A stretch of DNA of 60,187 nucleotides, counting the filler, from Perkinsus olseni (lineage: Eukaryota): assembly GCA_013115125.1 (NCBI GenBank). It is 6 parts of 6 records of this genome, joined end to end, with 100 filler letters (N's around TTAATTAATTAA, not from the genome) between each part and the next. Parts side by side here need not be neighbours in the genome. Positions count along the whole stretch, not along the records: positions 1 to 10,065 come from JABANN010000899.1; positions 10,166 to 20,217 come from JABANN010000900.1; 4 more parts are not named here. One strand, written 5' to 3'. This document shows, piece by piece, positions 1 through 11,246 of this stretch. The position numbers and the translations under genes are program-made. Each line of letters begins with the position of its first letter. Within the stretch, counting starts at the first letter, position 1. The notes below the pieces were generated by a model. It was given only the letters and a program-made list of their open reading frames with translations, was not told the DNA's origin and made no database searches.

Positions 1-910
1 CACGACACACAAAAACGCACAAGGGCGTAGCTGTCTCGGTATTGTACTTCCCAGCACCAAGGTGCCTTCCAAGATAATTTCGAAGGTGTGCTCTGATGCT
101 ATGATCGTTCTCAGAAAGCGATACCCCACTTACGGCATGTTATGCGCCGATTATCACGATACAGCCGAGAGAGCCATAAGTCTCGACCGTGATGTCTCGC
201 TCTTTATAAGGAACTGAAAAGGATTCAACATCCGGTCCTTATTTATCACTTTCTTTCAACGCTTCTATCTCGGAGGAGCATACGACGATAGGATTAACAT
301 GAGGAGAAGTTTCAGTTGTTGTTGTCGTTATTTTTCATGATTTTGCCGGGTTGGAGGGTAGGATGAAGTGGACAAGAATACTGGAGCCGAGGCTGAGACT
401 ATCCCACAAGGACTGATTCCATCGCTATGATGGTGTAACTTATTGATTACCCATAGTCTAATGACAGCAATGTCGCCCTTGGAACGACAGGGGCCAACTA
501 CACGTAAAGGGCGTGTTCGTGTCGAAGAATTTTTACGAGTGTGTTCATGCATGCGTGCGAGGCTTCACGGCAACGAGGAGGATCTCCGAGATTTCTGGAG
601 AGACTTGTAGGTGGCTCTTGAATATATAAGGGGCATCCGCATGGCGCTTGGGGCTTGCCCCGGGTTGTTGCTCGAAAGCCTTACCAATTTGGTCTATTAC
701 TCGTTCAGTTCAATCCTTGAAGTGCTCCTGGAATTCAGGAGTTCATTTTTTGACCGTACTCTGGTCCAGGGATTTAAATACTGAAGAACAATAGAAAATA
801 GTGATAGCAAATCGTGAATTCTAAAACGCAAGAGAATGACACGACTGATTGGTTGCTCTTTCGAATGAAATCGTCGGCGATTTGCCACGCGTCGTGTGCC
901 TCTATAATAC

Positions 911-1065
911 TGCACCGTAGAGGTATCAAAATTGCTCCACACACGATTGCTCCAAGGTGTGCCATCGCTAGAGTAGAGCACACCCATCATTCCTCATCGT
1001 CATCTTTTCATCGTTTTCTTCCCTCTCATCCGTCCCTATACGGATCCTGTTTGGTTGTTATCGCA
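911..1065 (+). repeat. 5' LTR (155 bp)
   Basis: TGCACCGTAG...GTTATCGCA, direct repeat of 5902-6056. Confidence 0.96.
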
Positions 1066-1089
1066 TCGTAGCAGCTCCTTGTTAAGAAG

Positions 1090-4000
1090 ATGGACCCCAA
1101 CCTCTACTTCGCGTTACCGGAGCCCTATGATCCTCTCACCAGCACTCTCGACTTCGAGCAATGGGTGAGAAAATTCAAGGCCTGCGCAAGTGCGAATGAG
1201 TGGGATGATGCTGACCAACTTCGCCACCTTCCACCTCTGCTTCGTGGTGACGCCTGGATCTTGTATGACGAGCTCAACAACGCGGAAAAGGCCACTATGG
1301 TGTTATTGGTCCAGAACCTCTCGAAAAAGCTCAATGTGGCCACCCAGATCCAGAGTTCGGAGAAGCTACATGAACGACAGTTCGATCCCAACAACGAGTC
1401 GCTGCTCACGTACCAGAATGACGTGAAGCGTTTAGCTCATCGAGCCTATCCCGAGATGGCAGAAGAGCAAGTCAGGCCTATAATACTAACGGCCTTCATT
1501 CGAGGGCTTAAGGGTCACTCCATTGGTCTAGCTCGGAAGGTCAGGAACGCAAACCCGAAGACGCTACAAGTCGCTCTGGAGAAGGCCCAGTTCATCATGA
1601 CCGACCCGTTCAGCGAGAGCACTTCGGCTGAGGAGTTCCCTGTCGCTACTCTGCACTCCACCACTGATCTCGACAACGAGTATCTTATGTCAGGAGAACT
1701 ATCACGGTCCTCTTCTAATCCGGTTAACGAGTCGGCTGGCAAGACTGCCATGCCTTCCTGGGTGCCAGAAGTGGTGAACGCTATCAGGTCTGCTACGCAG
1801 CACTGTGACTACTGCAACCGCTCGGGCCACATCGAACGAGACTGCTTCAAGAAACAGCGCGATCGAGGTGCATCTCGGAGTGGTCCTTACACCACTAACA
1901 ACAACAACTATGGCCAGCGGGACTACCCACGGACTCCTGGAGCTATTTGTAGTTACTGTGTCAAGAGGAACCACACCGAAGACCAGTGTCAAGTCAAGAA
2001 GAGAGCGCTAGCCCATCGAGCAGCCCTTGCGTCCGTCGCCGGTCCGACTGATGATGGTCAACAGAATTCTGTCCAAGCTGTAACTCTCCAGACGCCGACG
2101 TCTTCGTCGAGTCCACTCGAGCCATCGGGGATGACAGATGTGCAACTCCTGATGCATGGTTCGCGGCAGAACCTGAAAGCGCTTCTCGACAGCGGCTCGT
2201 CAATATCTCTTATCGACAGTCCGACATTGGCATTGCTACCAGCGACTATCACTATCGACACAGGAGATGCTCCTATGTGCACGACGGCATCCAGAACCTC
2301 ATTGCATACTATAGGCTCTACCTACCTAACCTTTGTCATCGCTGGCTCCGTCATGACGGCTAAGTTCTACATCGCTGCAAGTAAACTGGTGAGTCCCGTC
2401 ATTATCGGCCGAGACGTCATGGCTCACGGAAACTTCACTTTGAAGTTCCACAAGGAGACGCCTCCCCTCGTAGCGACAGGTCAGACAGTGACAGCGGCCA
2501 CATCAGAATGCCCGCAGTCGGCCACCCTAGAAGATTGGAGACGCTTACCAGAAGGCTGGGTCGTTGATAGCGTGGTCCTGAGCAACAACAACCTGCACAT
2601 CGTGGCGGCCAAGCGAGCTGACGACGACAAGTCGCCGCGGCGGTTCTACGTGGGTGTCAACCCATCTTTGGTGACCGACCCTCAGAGATCTGAACAACTC
2701 GGTGCTCTCAACCCGCACAGGCAGCTCGTCCAGGCTAGCTCCGACGCCGGAAAAGCAGCCGCCGAGTACTTCGCCCAATGGGAGAGAGAAGGCCGTATCG
2801 CTCCCGCCACACTCACGCCTGCCTCTTCGACGACGAGCTGGTACATAGTGGGCGGAGATAACCGGCGATACAGACCGGTATTCAGTTTCATTCATCTCAA
2901 TCGTCATCTGCGTAGAGCTTTCAGGAGAAATCCCTTCTCCCAAGCTCTTATCTCCGGTCTAATTGAGAAGTCTAGGTGCTATGAACACGTAGTGTTCAAT
3001 GACCTTCGAGATGCGTACATGCATCTATGGTTGTTGCCCAGCAATTATCATCTATTCACATTTAATCTTACGCCTCTAGCCGATCATCAAACCATCTATG
3101 AGTTTCACTGCCTCCCGTATGGGCCTAGTCATAGCCCACGAATGTTAGAAATTTGTTTACAATGGTTGATTCAGACCCACGTCATCAACACCGACGACTA
3201 CGAGGTCCAGTCCTACATGGACGACATCGTTCTTTTCTCTCATTCGCCCAATCTTCAGGTAGAAGAAGAGCTCAAGAAGCTTTGCGCCAACTACGAGTTG
3301 TTCCTTAAGCCGAGCAAGCGCCAAGATCTCTCCGCTGAAGACTGCCATGTACTAGGCCAACTCTACACCGATCACGGTTGTCGTATGGTTCTACCGGAAT
3401 CGAAGATGGCTACCTTCAAGTCCAGAGCCCCTCCACCAGCAGGTCAATGCTCATACAGCGACTTGCTCAGCGCTCTCGGGTCGTTGGATGAATCGCCAGT
3501 GATCCCGGCATGGGTCACCGCTCTGAAGCATGAAGCCCAGAGCCTGGTCGCACGCGAACGAGCTGAACAACGAAGAACTTGGTCATCAGCATGCTCAGAG
3601 AAGCTGCGGCAGCTGGTATGCGACTGGATGAGTTTGGCCATCAAGTCCGCACCTTCGGACCTCGGAGTCCCAAGGCTGTTCGCATTCGACGAGTCTCTCC
3701 ACGTGTTCACCGACGCGGCTAAGAGAGCTGGTGGATTCATCCTCAGGCAGAAGGGTCACGATTTGCTGAAGCGGGTCTGCGTGTTCTCGGATAAGGAGAG
3801 CCACCTACCGATAGTATGCCTGGAAGCACTGGTCCTCTACCGAGCGTTCGCGGCCGTCCACAACGTCGAGATGGCAGCTCGACGACGCTTCAACAGGGTT
3901 TACTACCACGTAGACAATGTCGCTGTCGAGGTCACCTTCCGAGCCGGCAGGCCAGCCCCATCGAGCTCGAAGGATGCCAAACCTATTTTGGCGAAATACA

Positions 4001-5841
4001 TGGCGATGGTCAACGCCCTCTATGACACTCAGGACTTCAACCGCCGCATCTTCATCGAGCGAGTGGAGACATCTGAGAATCCTGCCGACGCCCTGACCAG
4101 ACATGACCTTCTATCTACCTTTGTGGGGTTTGCCAAGAACTGTGGACTCGAAGTTTGTTCAGTCACCAGCGACCCCAAGTACCCCGAGGACTCGCTATCA
4201 GTTTCTGCTCTGCCCGAATCGCAAGGAATTTGCTTGGCGTGCATTCAGGTCTCACAGCATCCGGCGACCCTCCCATCCGCGGAGTGCATAGCAGCCCACC
4301 AACGGCAGGACAGGGACATCGCCAACGCCGCAGCTGCGCTCAAGTCCACCACTCCGACTGTCCCACCAGCGTCCACCAGCCGTAGCTACCTAATCGTATG
4401 GGGTACCCTTCTTGTCCGAGACGGCGTCTTGATGCGGCAAGTTCCGGCGGAAGAAGGGCTGCATCTCACAGATGTGCTTGTCGTTCCCGTCTTACCACCT
4501 GACCTAATACCCAGAGTCCTAAGGTACTATCACAACCCGAACGGCTTGGTCCATCCAGGTATTGGTCGCATGATTCGAGCTATCAAGAAGTCATTCTGGT
4601 TTCCTCGGTTGGCTATGACGGTCTGTAGTCATGTAGCAAGCTGCGCCGGATGTCAGCAACAGCAGCTGAAGCGGGTATGGCGTCAAGACGGAGTGCAGCG
4701 CTGCTGTCCGCCTAGCCCCTGGCACACTGTCGCAGCAGACCTTCTGACGGTATCAACCCCCAAGGGCAACGCCATCCTTCTGACAGTCCTATGCCTGTTC
4801 TCTCAATGGCCGGAAGTCCGTATCCTCCAGTCGAAGTCATCTCGCTCGGTCATGCTCGCCCTGCGCAGCATCAATGCCCAGCATGGACCCTTTAGGATTC
4901 TGCGCACCGATCAGGGCTCAGAATTCAAAGGCGAGGTCGAATTGTATCTGAAGGAGATCGGAGCTCGGCACTCGACGAGCCTGCCGTACAGTCCGGTAGC
5001 GTCTATCGAGCAGTTGAACAAGACCATCCTACAGAAGCTACAGATTGCTTACCACTCGCCATTTTGGTCTCGGCTCCCCCTGGTTTCGGTAGTCGATGAC
5101 GTGTTGTGGTCTCTGCGGTCGACCCCTTCGGCCGTACACCGTGTGGAACCATATCTGCTTATGTACGGACGAGACCCGCATACTAGGTGCCAGCAGACTA
5201 CAGCGGAGCGGGCAACAACACTGGAGCATGTCGAGAATGTCCTTAACGAGAAGCGAGCTCATGCTATATTGAGGAAGGAGAAGATAAACTCCTATGAGAC
5301 TGGCTCGCGGGTATTTGTCCGCAACCACGAGTCCGACAGACACTACAAGGTTGGGCCTAAATGGCGTATGATGCGAGTACTTCGGCAGGATGGGTTCATG
5401 GTTTATTTGGTTCCAGAGCAGCCTGCGACAAGACCTCAAGTGGTGGTAAGGCATGTGCGAGAGTGTCTCCCAGCTCCTTCCTGGGCTACTAGTCAGCAAG
5501 CCGATACTCGACAACAATCTTCGCAAGGGCATAGCATCTGGTCGACATCTTCGAGCCCGGCCTCAGGGAACTCGGCAAGACAGCCTATGGTCGGCATTCG
5601 AATGCGTCACCCACAAGATGATCATCTCGTGCCTCCGTCGTCGGAAGTCTCCTCTTCAGCCTCCTCTTCAGCCTCTTCTTCTGCCACGTCCGAGTCTCCC
5701 TCCACTTCGAGCACCAGCTCGAGCAGCAGTTCACAGCCTAGAGTTGCCGCTGAAACTGTCACCCCGGAAACGGCTGAGACTCCGGTTAAAAGGTCAAGGT
5801 CGGGAAGGGTGTTGAAGCAACCTGTCCGGTACGGCTTCTAA
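1090..5841 (+). CDS. Gag-Pol polyprotein (capsid, two CCHC knuckles, aspartic protease, RT, RNase H, integrase), 1583 aa
   Basis: Knuckles CDYCNRSGHIERDC and CSYCVKRNHTEDQC. Protease LLDSGS...IIGRD. RT NDLRDAY, LPYG, YMDD. RNase H FTDAA...LEA...VDN...ENPADALTR. Integrase H..HPG..CAGC, AADLL, TDQGSEF, IEQLNKT. C-terminal RSGRVLKQPVRY. Confidence 0.96.
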   Translation: MDPNLYFALPEPYDPLTSTLDFEQWVRKFKACASANEWDDADQLRHLPPLLRGDAWILYDELNNAEKATMVLLVQNLSKKLNVATQIQSSEKLHERQFDPNNESLLTYQNDVKRLAHRAYPEMAEEQVRPIILTAFIRGLKGHSIGLARKVRNANPKTLQVALEKAQFIMTDPFSESTSAEEFPVATLHSTTDLDNEYLMSGELSRSSSNPVNESAGKTAMPSWVPEVVNAIRSATQHCDYCNRSGHIERDCFKKQRDRGASRSGPYTTNNNNYGQRDYPRTPGAICSYCVKRNHTEDQCQVKKRALAHRAALASVAGPTDDGQQNSVQAVTLQTPTSSSSPLEPSGMTDVQLLMHGSRQNLKALLDSGSSISLIDSPTLALLPATITIDTGDAPMCTTASRTSLHTIGSTYLTFVIAGSVMTAKFYIAASKLVSPVIIGRDVMAHGNFTLKFHKETPPLVATGQTVTAATSECPQSATLEDWRRLPEGWVVDSVVLSNNNLHIVAAKRADDDKSPRRFYVGVNPSLVTDPQRSEQLGALNPHRQLVQASSDAGKAAAEYFAQWEREGRIAPATLTPASSTTSWYIVGGDNRRYRPVFSFIHLNRHLRRAFRRNPFSQALISGLIEKSRCYEHVVFNDLRDAYMHLWLLPSNYHLFTFNLTPLADHQTIYEFHCLPYGPSHSPRMLEICLQWLIQTHVINTDDYEVQSYMDDIVLFSHSPNLQVEEELKKLCANYELFLKPSKRQDLSAEDCHVLGQLYTDHGCRMVLPESKMATFKSRAPPPAGQCSYSDLLSALGSLDESPVIPAWVTALKHEAQSLVARERAEQRRTWSSACSEKLRQLVCDWMSLAIKSAPSDLGVPRLFAFDESLHVFTDAAKRAGGFILRQKGHDLLKRVCVFSDKESHLPIVCLEALVLYRAFAAVHNVEMAARRRFNRVYYHVDNVAVEVTFRAGRPAPSSSKDAKPILAKYMAMVNALYDTQDFNRRIFIERVETSENPADALTRHDLLSTFVGFAKNCGLEVCSVTSDPKYPEDSLSVSALPESQGICLACIQVSQHPATLPSAECIAAHQRQDRDIANAAAALKSTTPTVPPASTSRSYLIVWGTLLVRDGVLMRQVPAEEGLHLTDVLVVPVLPPDLIPRVLRYYHNPNGLVHPGIGRMIRAIKKSFWFPRLAMTVCSHVASCAGCQQQQLKRVWRQDGVQRCCPPSPWHTVAADLLTVSTPKGNAILLTVLCLFSQWPEVRILQSKSSRSVMLALRSINAQHGPFRILRTDQGSEFKGEVELYLKEIGARHSTSLPYSPVASIEQLNKTILQKLQIAYHSPFWSRLPLVSVVDDVLWSLRSTPSAVHRVEPYLLMYGRDPHTRCQQTTAERATTLEHVENVLNEKRAHAILRKEKINSYETGSRVFVRNHESDRHYKVGPKWRMMRVLRQDGFMVYLVPEQPATRPQVVVRHVRECLPAPSWATSQQADTRQQSSQGHSIWSTSSSPASGNSARQPMVGIRMRHPQDDHLVPPSSEVSSSASSSASSSATSESPSTSSTSSSSSSQPRVAAETVTPETAETPVKRSRSGRVLKQPVRYGF

Positions 5842-5901
5842 GAGCCTTTTTCTGCTTGCCCTCCTTCGGGCACGTGTTGTCCTCCCCGGGAGAGGGGAAG
5901 A

Positions 5902-6056
5902 TGCACCGTAGAGGTATCAAAATTGCTCCACACATGATTGCTCCAAGGTGTGCCATCGCTAGAGTAGAGCACACCCATCATTCCTCATCGTCATCTTTTC
6001 ATCGTTTTCTTCCCTCTCATCCGTCCCTATACGGATCCTGTTTGGTTGTTATCGCA
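5902..6056 (+). repeat. 3' LTR (155 bp)
   Basis: Direct repeat of 911-1065, preceded by the PPT and followed by TSD ATAC. Confidence 0.96.
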
Positions 6057-7500
6057 ATACCGCGATCTGAAAATCTCCTTCCCGATTATGGATTTCGCAA
6101 GACAGCGTGGCTTGTCGTTTAAAGGTTCGAGGCGTTCTTCCTGGATTACTCCACCCAAGAAAGTGTCGATCCTGACGTATTCGCTGCCGTCTGGCCGGCG
6201 GTTATGGATGACATCGAAGGTGGGCTCACTCACGTTCGAAACGTGTGTGCGCGAAACGTGACGTTTCATGGATGCGCGTCATGAGTGGAAGTTGTCTGGC
6301 TTGTTGAGCTTGAGTCGAGACCCTCGATACCTCCAATCTTAGTCCATTGTAAAGTAGCCAGCACAGATTGGTATTTGAGTGTGAAATTAAAATCAATCGT
6401 CAATGGCTAGATGGTAGAAAACTTGAGTCTAGCAGTAGATAATATCACGATACATGGCGTACGCGTCGGCGACACGACAACATATCGAGCGACGCATCTC
6501 CTGAGTTCAGATCTGTGGGAAGAGTATACGGGGAAGGGGCTCAAAGCACCTCGTCAATCACCACCAAGGAAGGCTGGCTCGACTACAGAGGTTTGGAATT
6601 CTCCCTGTGCCGGACTTAGCGTTGAGAAAAGGGTGGGTAGGGGCGAAAACTCTCCTGTTCCTGCCGCGGTGTCACACCGCGGTGTGTGTGAGTTTATAGT
6701 CCAACGCGGGAACCGGCTTAGTTGGACTTTCACCGATGTGCTCATTGCCGAGGTTCCTTTCTGCACGGACCATTAAGAAGTGATTATCAGATGGCTTATC
6801 GACAGGCCTCCCTCGAGGGAGTCTGTTCAGTCTAAACTTAGACCGCCGCGATTATCGCATCTGTGGGTTAGGCAACGGACCGTCGAAGGATGCTATCGGC
6901 TGCTAGAGAGACTAAACGACGGTTACAAGGCTTTGAGAGAGTTAGCAAGAAGAAAGACGAGTAACCCTGTGGGGCCTTTGAAGTCCGAAATCACCGCATA
7001 CATGATTCTCTCATGAGCCTCTCTAGCTGAGCACGCCAGTGAGCACGATCTTGCATGAGGAACTCACATTCGAGTGTCCGAACACTTTCTGGCCGATGAT
7101 GGATGCTTTTCAGAGAGATTAGAATCGGAGTGTCTGTCAAGGGCGAACACTCCGATTTTTGAATATTGATTTATCACGACAGTAGTGCGGCGAACATAGC
7201 ATGGTGCCGGATATGAATTGCAATCGGCAGCTCGCCTCAGCGTAACTGTAGTTCATGGCCCTTTCAGTGATCGCATCATGGTACGATTCAGTCACCATAA
7301 ATCGTCCTGTTCCGTGGTCAGAACCGCAATTTCTCCCGTTTCTATGGGAAACCGGAGAATCGCGTTTCCTTGCTTGCCCTTCTGTCAGATCTCCGACCGG
7401 CATCGTTGCGCCTTCCAAGGACAGCTCCGCAGTGATTAGTTCGCTGAGGAGCCAGCTGGCTCGAACAAAGGCCAGGCTGTTTCGGAAAGAGAAAGAGAAG

Positions 7501-7560
7501 GCCGTTATAGTGCAGAGGTCTTGGTATCCCGAAGTCCCCGGTTCGAACCCCGCAAGCAAC
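7501..7560 (+). pseudogene. tRNA-derived fragment (Pol III A/B boxes, incomplete cloverleaf)
   Basis: A-box-like TAGTGCAGAGG and B-box GGTTCGAACC with a T-arm, but too short for an anticodon arm. Confidence 0.3.
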
Positions 7561-7824
7561 GTTTCATCCCTCGCCATTACTGCTCCGCGTCTATTCAAGA
7601 TACTCCAAGCATTTGGCTTCGCAGAGCAAGGAGCTAGATGCGTTGCTTTCAGCGGCACAACAGAAGATGCTGAACACTGGGGGCGCTGACGTGACCACCA
7701 CACCTCTGCCGCGCGACGAGTGGCGTTGTATTGTTAGAGAGCTGACAAGGGCGTCGGTACCAGCCCAGACGAGGAACCGAGCGCAGAATACAATCCAAAG
7801 CCGTTATCCTGCGCTGAGCATGGA

Positions 7825-8508
7825 TCAACCTCGGATACACGGGATCCTCTTACTATTTGGACGGAGTAGCTGCGGGATCTGCGGTGGCTTACTAATGGGT
7901 GTTGTAGAGTCATTCGACCGAGGCTCATCGATGCGCTCGGTGGTGGCGACTTTCAGCAGGCCTTCACGGCCATGGACATAACCAAAAGTGGTATCGTCAC
8001 GAGATATGAATTTGACAAGGTAGACAACCGCCCGCCCGCTCCGCTGTGAGTTCGCAGCATCTGTCAAGACTGTGCTCATTTCATCCCACTCTGGAAAGTC
8101 GAATAGCTTGCTATTGTGCATCAGGCAATCCGCGGTACCTTGGATGCTGAGATCACGGACAAGGGGATTTGTGAGATATTCGAGCACCTCGATGTTGAGA
8201 GTAAAGGTAGGGTGGTAGAGCGCACTGCAATTTCCGGATGGTGTTATCAGGTTTTCTGCTGCTAGCTGACTTCAAAGCAACGACTAAGTCGAAGCTCACA
8301 CTGGACTGCACAGCTGCTCCATCGGGCCGATCACATCACAAACAGAAGCGAAGGAGTCGTCTTGGTCGCACTTCACTGAACGACAGAATTTTGAATTGGG
8401 CTGAGGGCCGGCCATGAGGCCTTTGATGGGTGTAGAGTTGTTGAAGTTGGGAACTCCAGCACAATACGACGGCCGAACAACAGCACATCTAACACTAACA
8501 ATCATCAT
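7825..8508 (-). CDS. Hypothetical protein, probably two exons
   Basis: ORFs 8296-8508 and 7825-8187 (extendable upstream) separated by a short GT...AG interval. No domain recognised. Confidence 0.35.
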
Positions 8509-8592
8509 GATTCCACCGAGTATGACAAGAGAACAGCGTAACGAAAATAAAAGAATTCAACGCAACGGCAAAGAGTACAGCCCACCGTCAAT

Positions 8593-9690
8593 TCAATAGA
8601 CTAACTTATCTTCATCGGACTTCTCCTCCAGTAGAGGCAGGGAAGATCTTCTAATCAACTCAATACTCCTGCGAAGGTAACGAGGATCCCTGCGCTCCTT
8701 CGCACTCGGGGCTCTCTTCGCGTATGCATCATACAGTGAGGTAGTTGCGCTCCTCCTATATTTTATATCTTTAACCGTCTTCCGATTCCTTCTTCTCACG
8801 ATGTAGTAATCCTCGGGAACGTCAACGTCCCACTTATGGAGATTCTCTAGAGACAGATGGCCCTCGAAATGTTTGCCTGGCTGGCACAGCCCCCCTCCCT
8901 TCGTTGTTCGTAGGAGAAGATAATAGACTAGTTTCCTATCAGCAGGCCCACCAGTGTAAACCGCGGCGAGGATCGAATTGCAAATGGCAGTGTAGGCCAT
9001 GGCGGTCGGGGCTCCCGCCGTTGTGAGAAAGTCGTGGTCCACATTCATCGACTCGACGAGAGCGGAAGAATCTTCATTCACGGCTAGGGTAATATCCAAC
9101 AGGTCGCCACGAACCCCTCTGAACACTCCGTGGACGTCAAGGAGCTCCGGAGAGGGCTTGAGAATTTCTAAACCGTTCTTGCAAACCTCATTTACTTCGT
9201 CTTGAACCGTTGGGTTATCAATCGTCTCATCTCCCCCTGGAAGGAGTCGGTAGACAGTGCCGTTAGATTCGAGCTCAGCAGTTGCCTTGCTTCGAGATTG
9301 GATATGAAAGCAATCACCTTCGCTCGTGATTTCTGCTCTGTACTCTTGAGTGGTTCTCCTATTTACTCTCAAGACCCGGGCTTCTCGAACTCTCTCGTCG
9401 TTGCCGTTTTCCGACTCGACCAATAAGAAGTCCATGTGAGTGAGGTTGAAATCTTTTGCCCCCGTATTTGGCACGGGGTGACTTTGGATTCCCGATGTGA
9501 CGGGTGTACAGGCCTCCCTAGCCCCGTCCGCGGTATTGGCAGCCGGCTCTCGACCGACAGGCAGAAAGAAGTAATGCACATCATCATCCAAGGCTGAATA
9601 CAAAATCTGACTCCGCCGCAGATCGCCCCTGGCTGGCGTGAAAACGACTGCGGCCATGCATAGAGTTCCGACGTAGCCTCGGCCGGTCAT
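8593..9690 (-). CDS. Hypothetical secreted protein, 365 aa, single exon
   Basis: Long ORF with protein-like composition and a signal-peptide-like N-terminus (MTGRGYVGTLCMAAVVFTPARG). Confidence 0.65.
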   Translation of the reverse strand: MTGRGYVGTLCMAAVVFTPARGDLRRSQILYSALDDDVHYFFLPVGREPAANTADGAREACTPVTSGIQSHPVPNTGAKDFNLTHMDFLLVESENGNDERVREARVLRVNRRTTQEYRAEITSEGDCFHIQSRSKATAELESNGTVYRLLPGGDETIDNPTVQDEVNEVCKNGLEILKPSPELLDVHGVFRGVRGDLLDITLAVNEDSSALVESMNVDHDFLTTAGAPTAMAYTAICNSILAAVYTGGPADRKLVYYLLLRTTKGGGLCQPGKHFEGHLSLENLHKWDVDVPEDYYIVRRRNRKTVKDIKYRRSATTSLYDAYAKRAPSAKERRDPRYLRRSIELIRRSSLPLLEEKSDEDKLVY

Positions 9691-10065
9691 TCAATAGAGG
9701 GAGAGAAGAACAACGAAGCTGCTACTTCAGCGAACCTCCCTGATGCATGAGTTATCCGAAGAGCAAGTTATTCGCAACGGAGTGGTGTGCTGAGCCACAC
9801 CACCGTTGTAAAGGACCCGAAATCGCCTCAAAGAGAATGCGCGAAAAGCGAGAGCTTTGACGGCGCGAAAGCTGCCACCGGGACACGCACGCATGCACCG
9901 TCTAATGACTATATTGTCAGTTACTCCGTCACTATAGTCTCTGTCGCTAAGACCCGCGCAGTATGATCGGAAGAAACCGTCGTGGAGTATGCCCCATCAA
10001 CTTTTCGCTGCCACTAATTCGCTCGCCCCGGCCACTTTTTCGCTACGCCTAGCCACTAATCCACT

Positions 10066-10165
10066 NNNNNNNNNNNNNNNNNNNNNNNNNNNNNNNNNNN
10101 NNNNNNNNNTTAATTAATTAANNNNNNNNNNNNNNNNNNNNNNNNNNNNNNNNNNNNNNNNNNNN
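10066..10165. other. Artificial contig linker (N44-TTAATTAATTAA-N44)
   Basis: 100-bp spacer with stops in all six frames, repeated identically five times in the window. Confidence 0.98.
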
Positions 10166-11083
10166 TAAGCTTAGTCTCTCGAGGGGAATAAGCTATGCAC
10201 GCATGCACAAGACGATCGGCGCACAATGAGTAACACTTGTTCCTCCGAGCAGAGAAGTATGAGATGTTGAGATGAAAAAGGAGAGAAGTAAAGAGTGATG
10301 AGGGACCCCCCCCCCTCCGTAGTAAGGCGTTGTTCCGGATCCATTGAGATAGCTTGAGACATACGTTGTGGTCCAGACAGTATATATCACATATGCGACG
10401 TTGGTGTTAAAGTAGGCAGTAGTAGAGGTAGAGTTGTAGTTGGGTAGACTGTTAGTGAGGGTTGAAGGTTAAGGGTTAGGGGTTGAAGCTCGTCAGGCGG
10501 TGTATGAGTAGCCGTTTTCAAGCTTGATGAGGTGATTGTGTGAAGTGAGTTCACTAAATTGTCCTTCAGAGAGGGCGTTGAGATGAGTAGATTGTCCTTC
10601 AGAGATAGGGTAGATAGAGGTAGTGGAGGTGGTAGGTCCAAGTAGGGTGGTTGGTGGTGTAAGCATCAGTTGTTGCTGTGGGTAGTTTGGTGTAGTCAGA
10701 GATGTTGACGTCGGTGATTTAGTCGAGGTCGTCGAAGGTGTAGACTTGTAAGTAGTTTAGAGGGCTTGTTGGAGTCTTAGTAGGGTCGCTGTGTGTCTGG
10801 GGTCCAGTTGTTGTCATTGGTGATGTCCTCGTTGTGGAGGTAGTCGAAGTTTGGGCGTTCCAGATATTTGATGAGCTCCTCGAGAGGCGTAGGTGAGGTT
10901 GTAGAGGTCTCAGGAGGTTCACGTGCGGTCTGGGCACCAGCTGTTGCTTCTCCGTTGTTGCTCATAATCAACGCAAGGCGAGAAAGATGGTAAAGTCTTC
11001 TACTTCCTGCTTCTAAGCTTAGCCTCTCGAGGGGAATAAGCTATGCACGCATGCACAAGACGATCGGCGCACAATGAGTAGCA
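10166..11083 (-). mobile_element. TRIM-like miniature LTR retroelement; 3' LTR truncated by the contig end
   Basis: Near-identical direct repeats at 10166-10235 and 11014-11083 begin TG(T/C)TACTCATTGTG on the minus strand. Purine-rich GGAGGAACAAG precedes the downstream copy. The 5' repeat may end ...TTTACCA at 10988. The ~750-bp interior has only short low-complexity ORFs. Confidence 0.6.
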
Positions 11084-11246
11084 GTCACCCGAGTGTTGAA
11101 AGTGTACTAACGGCCCTGGAAACCCGAATAGAAATAGCTCTGGGCTCCAGAGTCTGGAGAAAAGGTGGTACAATGGAGGAAATTGCGATAAAGGGGTTAA
11201 AACTGTCGCAGAAGGAAGAGAATTGTGGTGAAAAAGAGAATATAGG

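Larger units (their letters stand above)
911..6056 (+). mobile_element. Full-length Ty3/gypsy-like (Metaviridae) LTR retrotransposon, recently inserted
   Basis: 155-bp TG...CA LTRs at 911-1065 and 5902-6056 differ at one position (acacGatt region: C vs T). 4-bp TSD ATAC at 907-910 and 6057-6060. Polypurine tract GGGAGAGGGGAAGA at 5888-5901. Uninterrupted gag-pol ORF with domain order PR-RT-RH-IN. Confidence 0.96.
697..6269 (-). pseudogene. Possible host ORF (~140 aa) interrupted by the LTR retrotransposon
   Basis: Removing the element and one TSD joins ...KEIFRSRY (6269-6057) in frame to YRGTRRVAN...IELNE* (906-697). No recognisable domain. Confidence 0.3.

Noticed and set aside
10066-10165. 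Repeated TTAATTAATTAA within N runs, five times at ~10-kb spacing
   Set aside because: Assembly linker with stops in all frames, not biological. It also invalidates any gene-neighbourhood inference across it.
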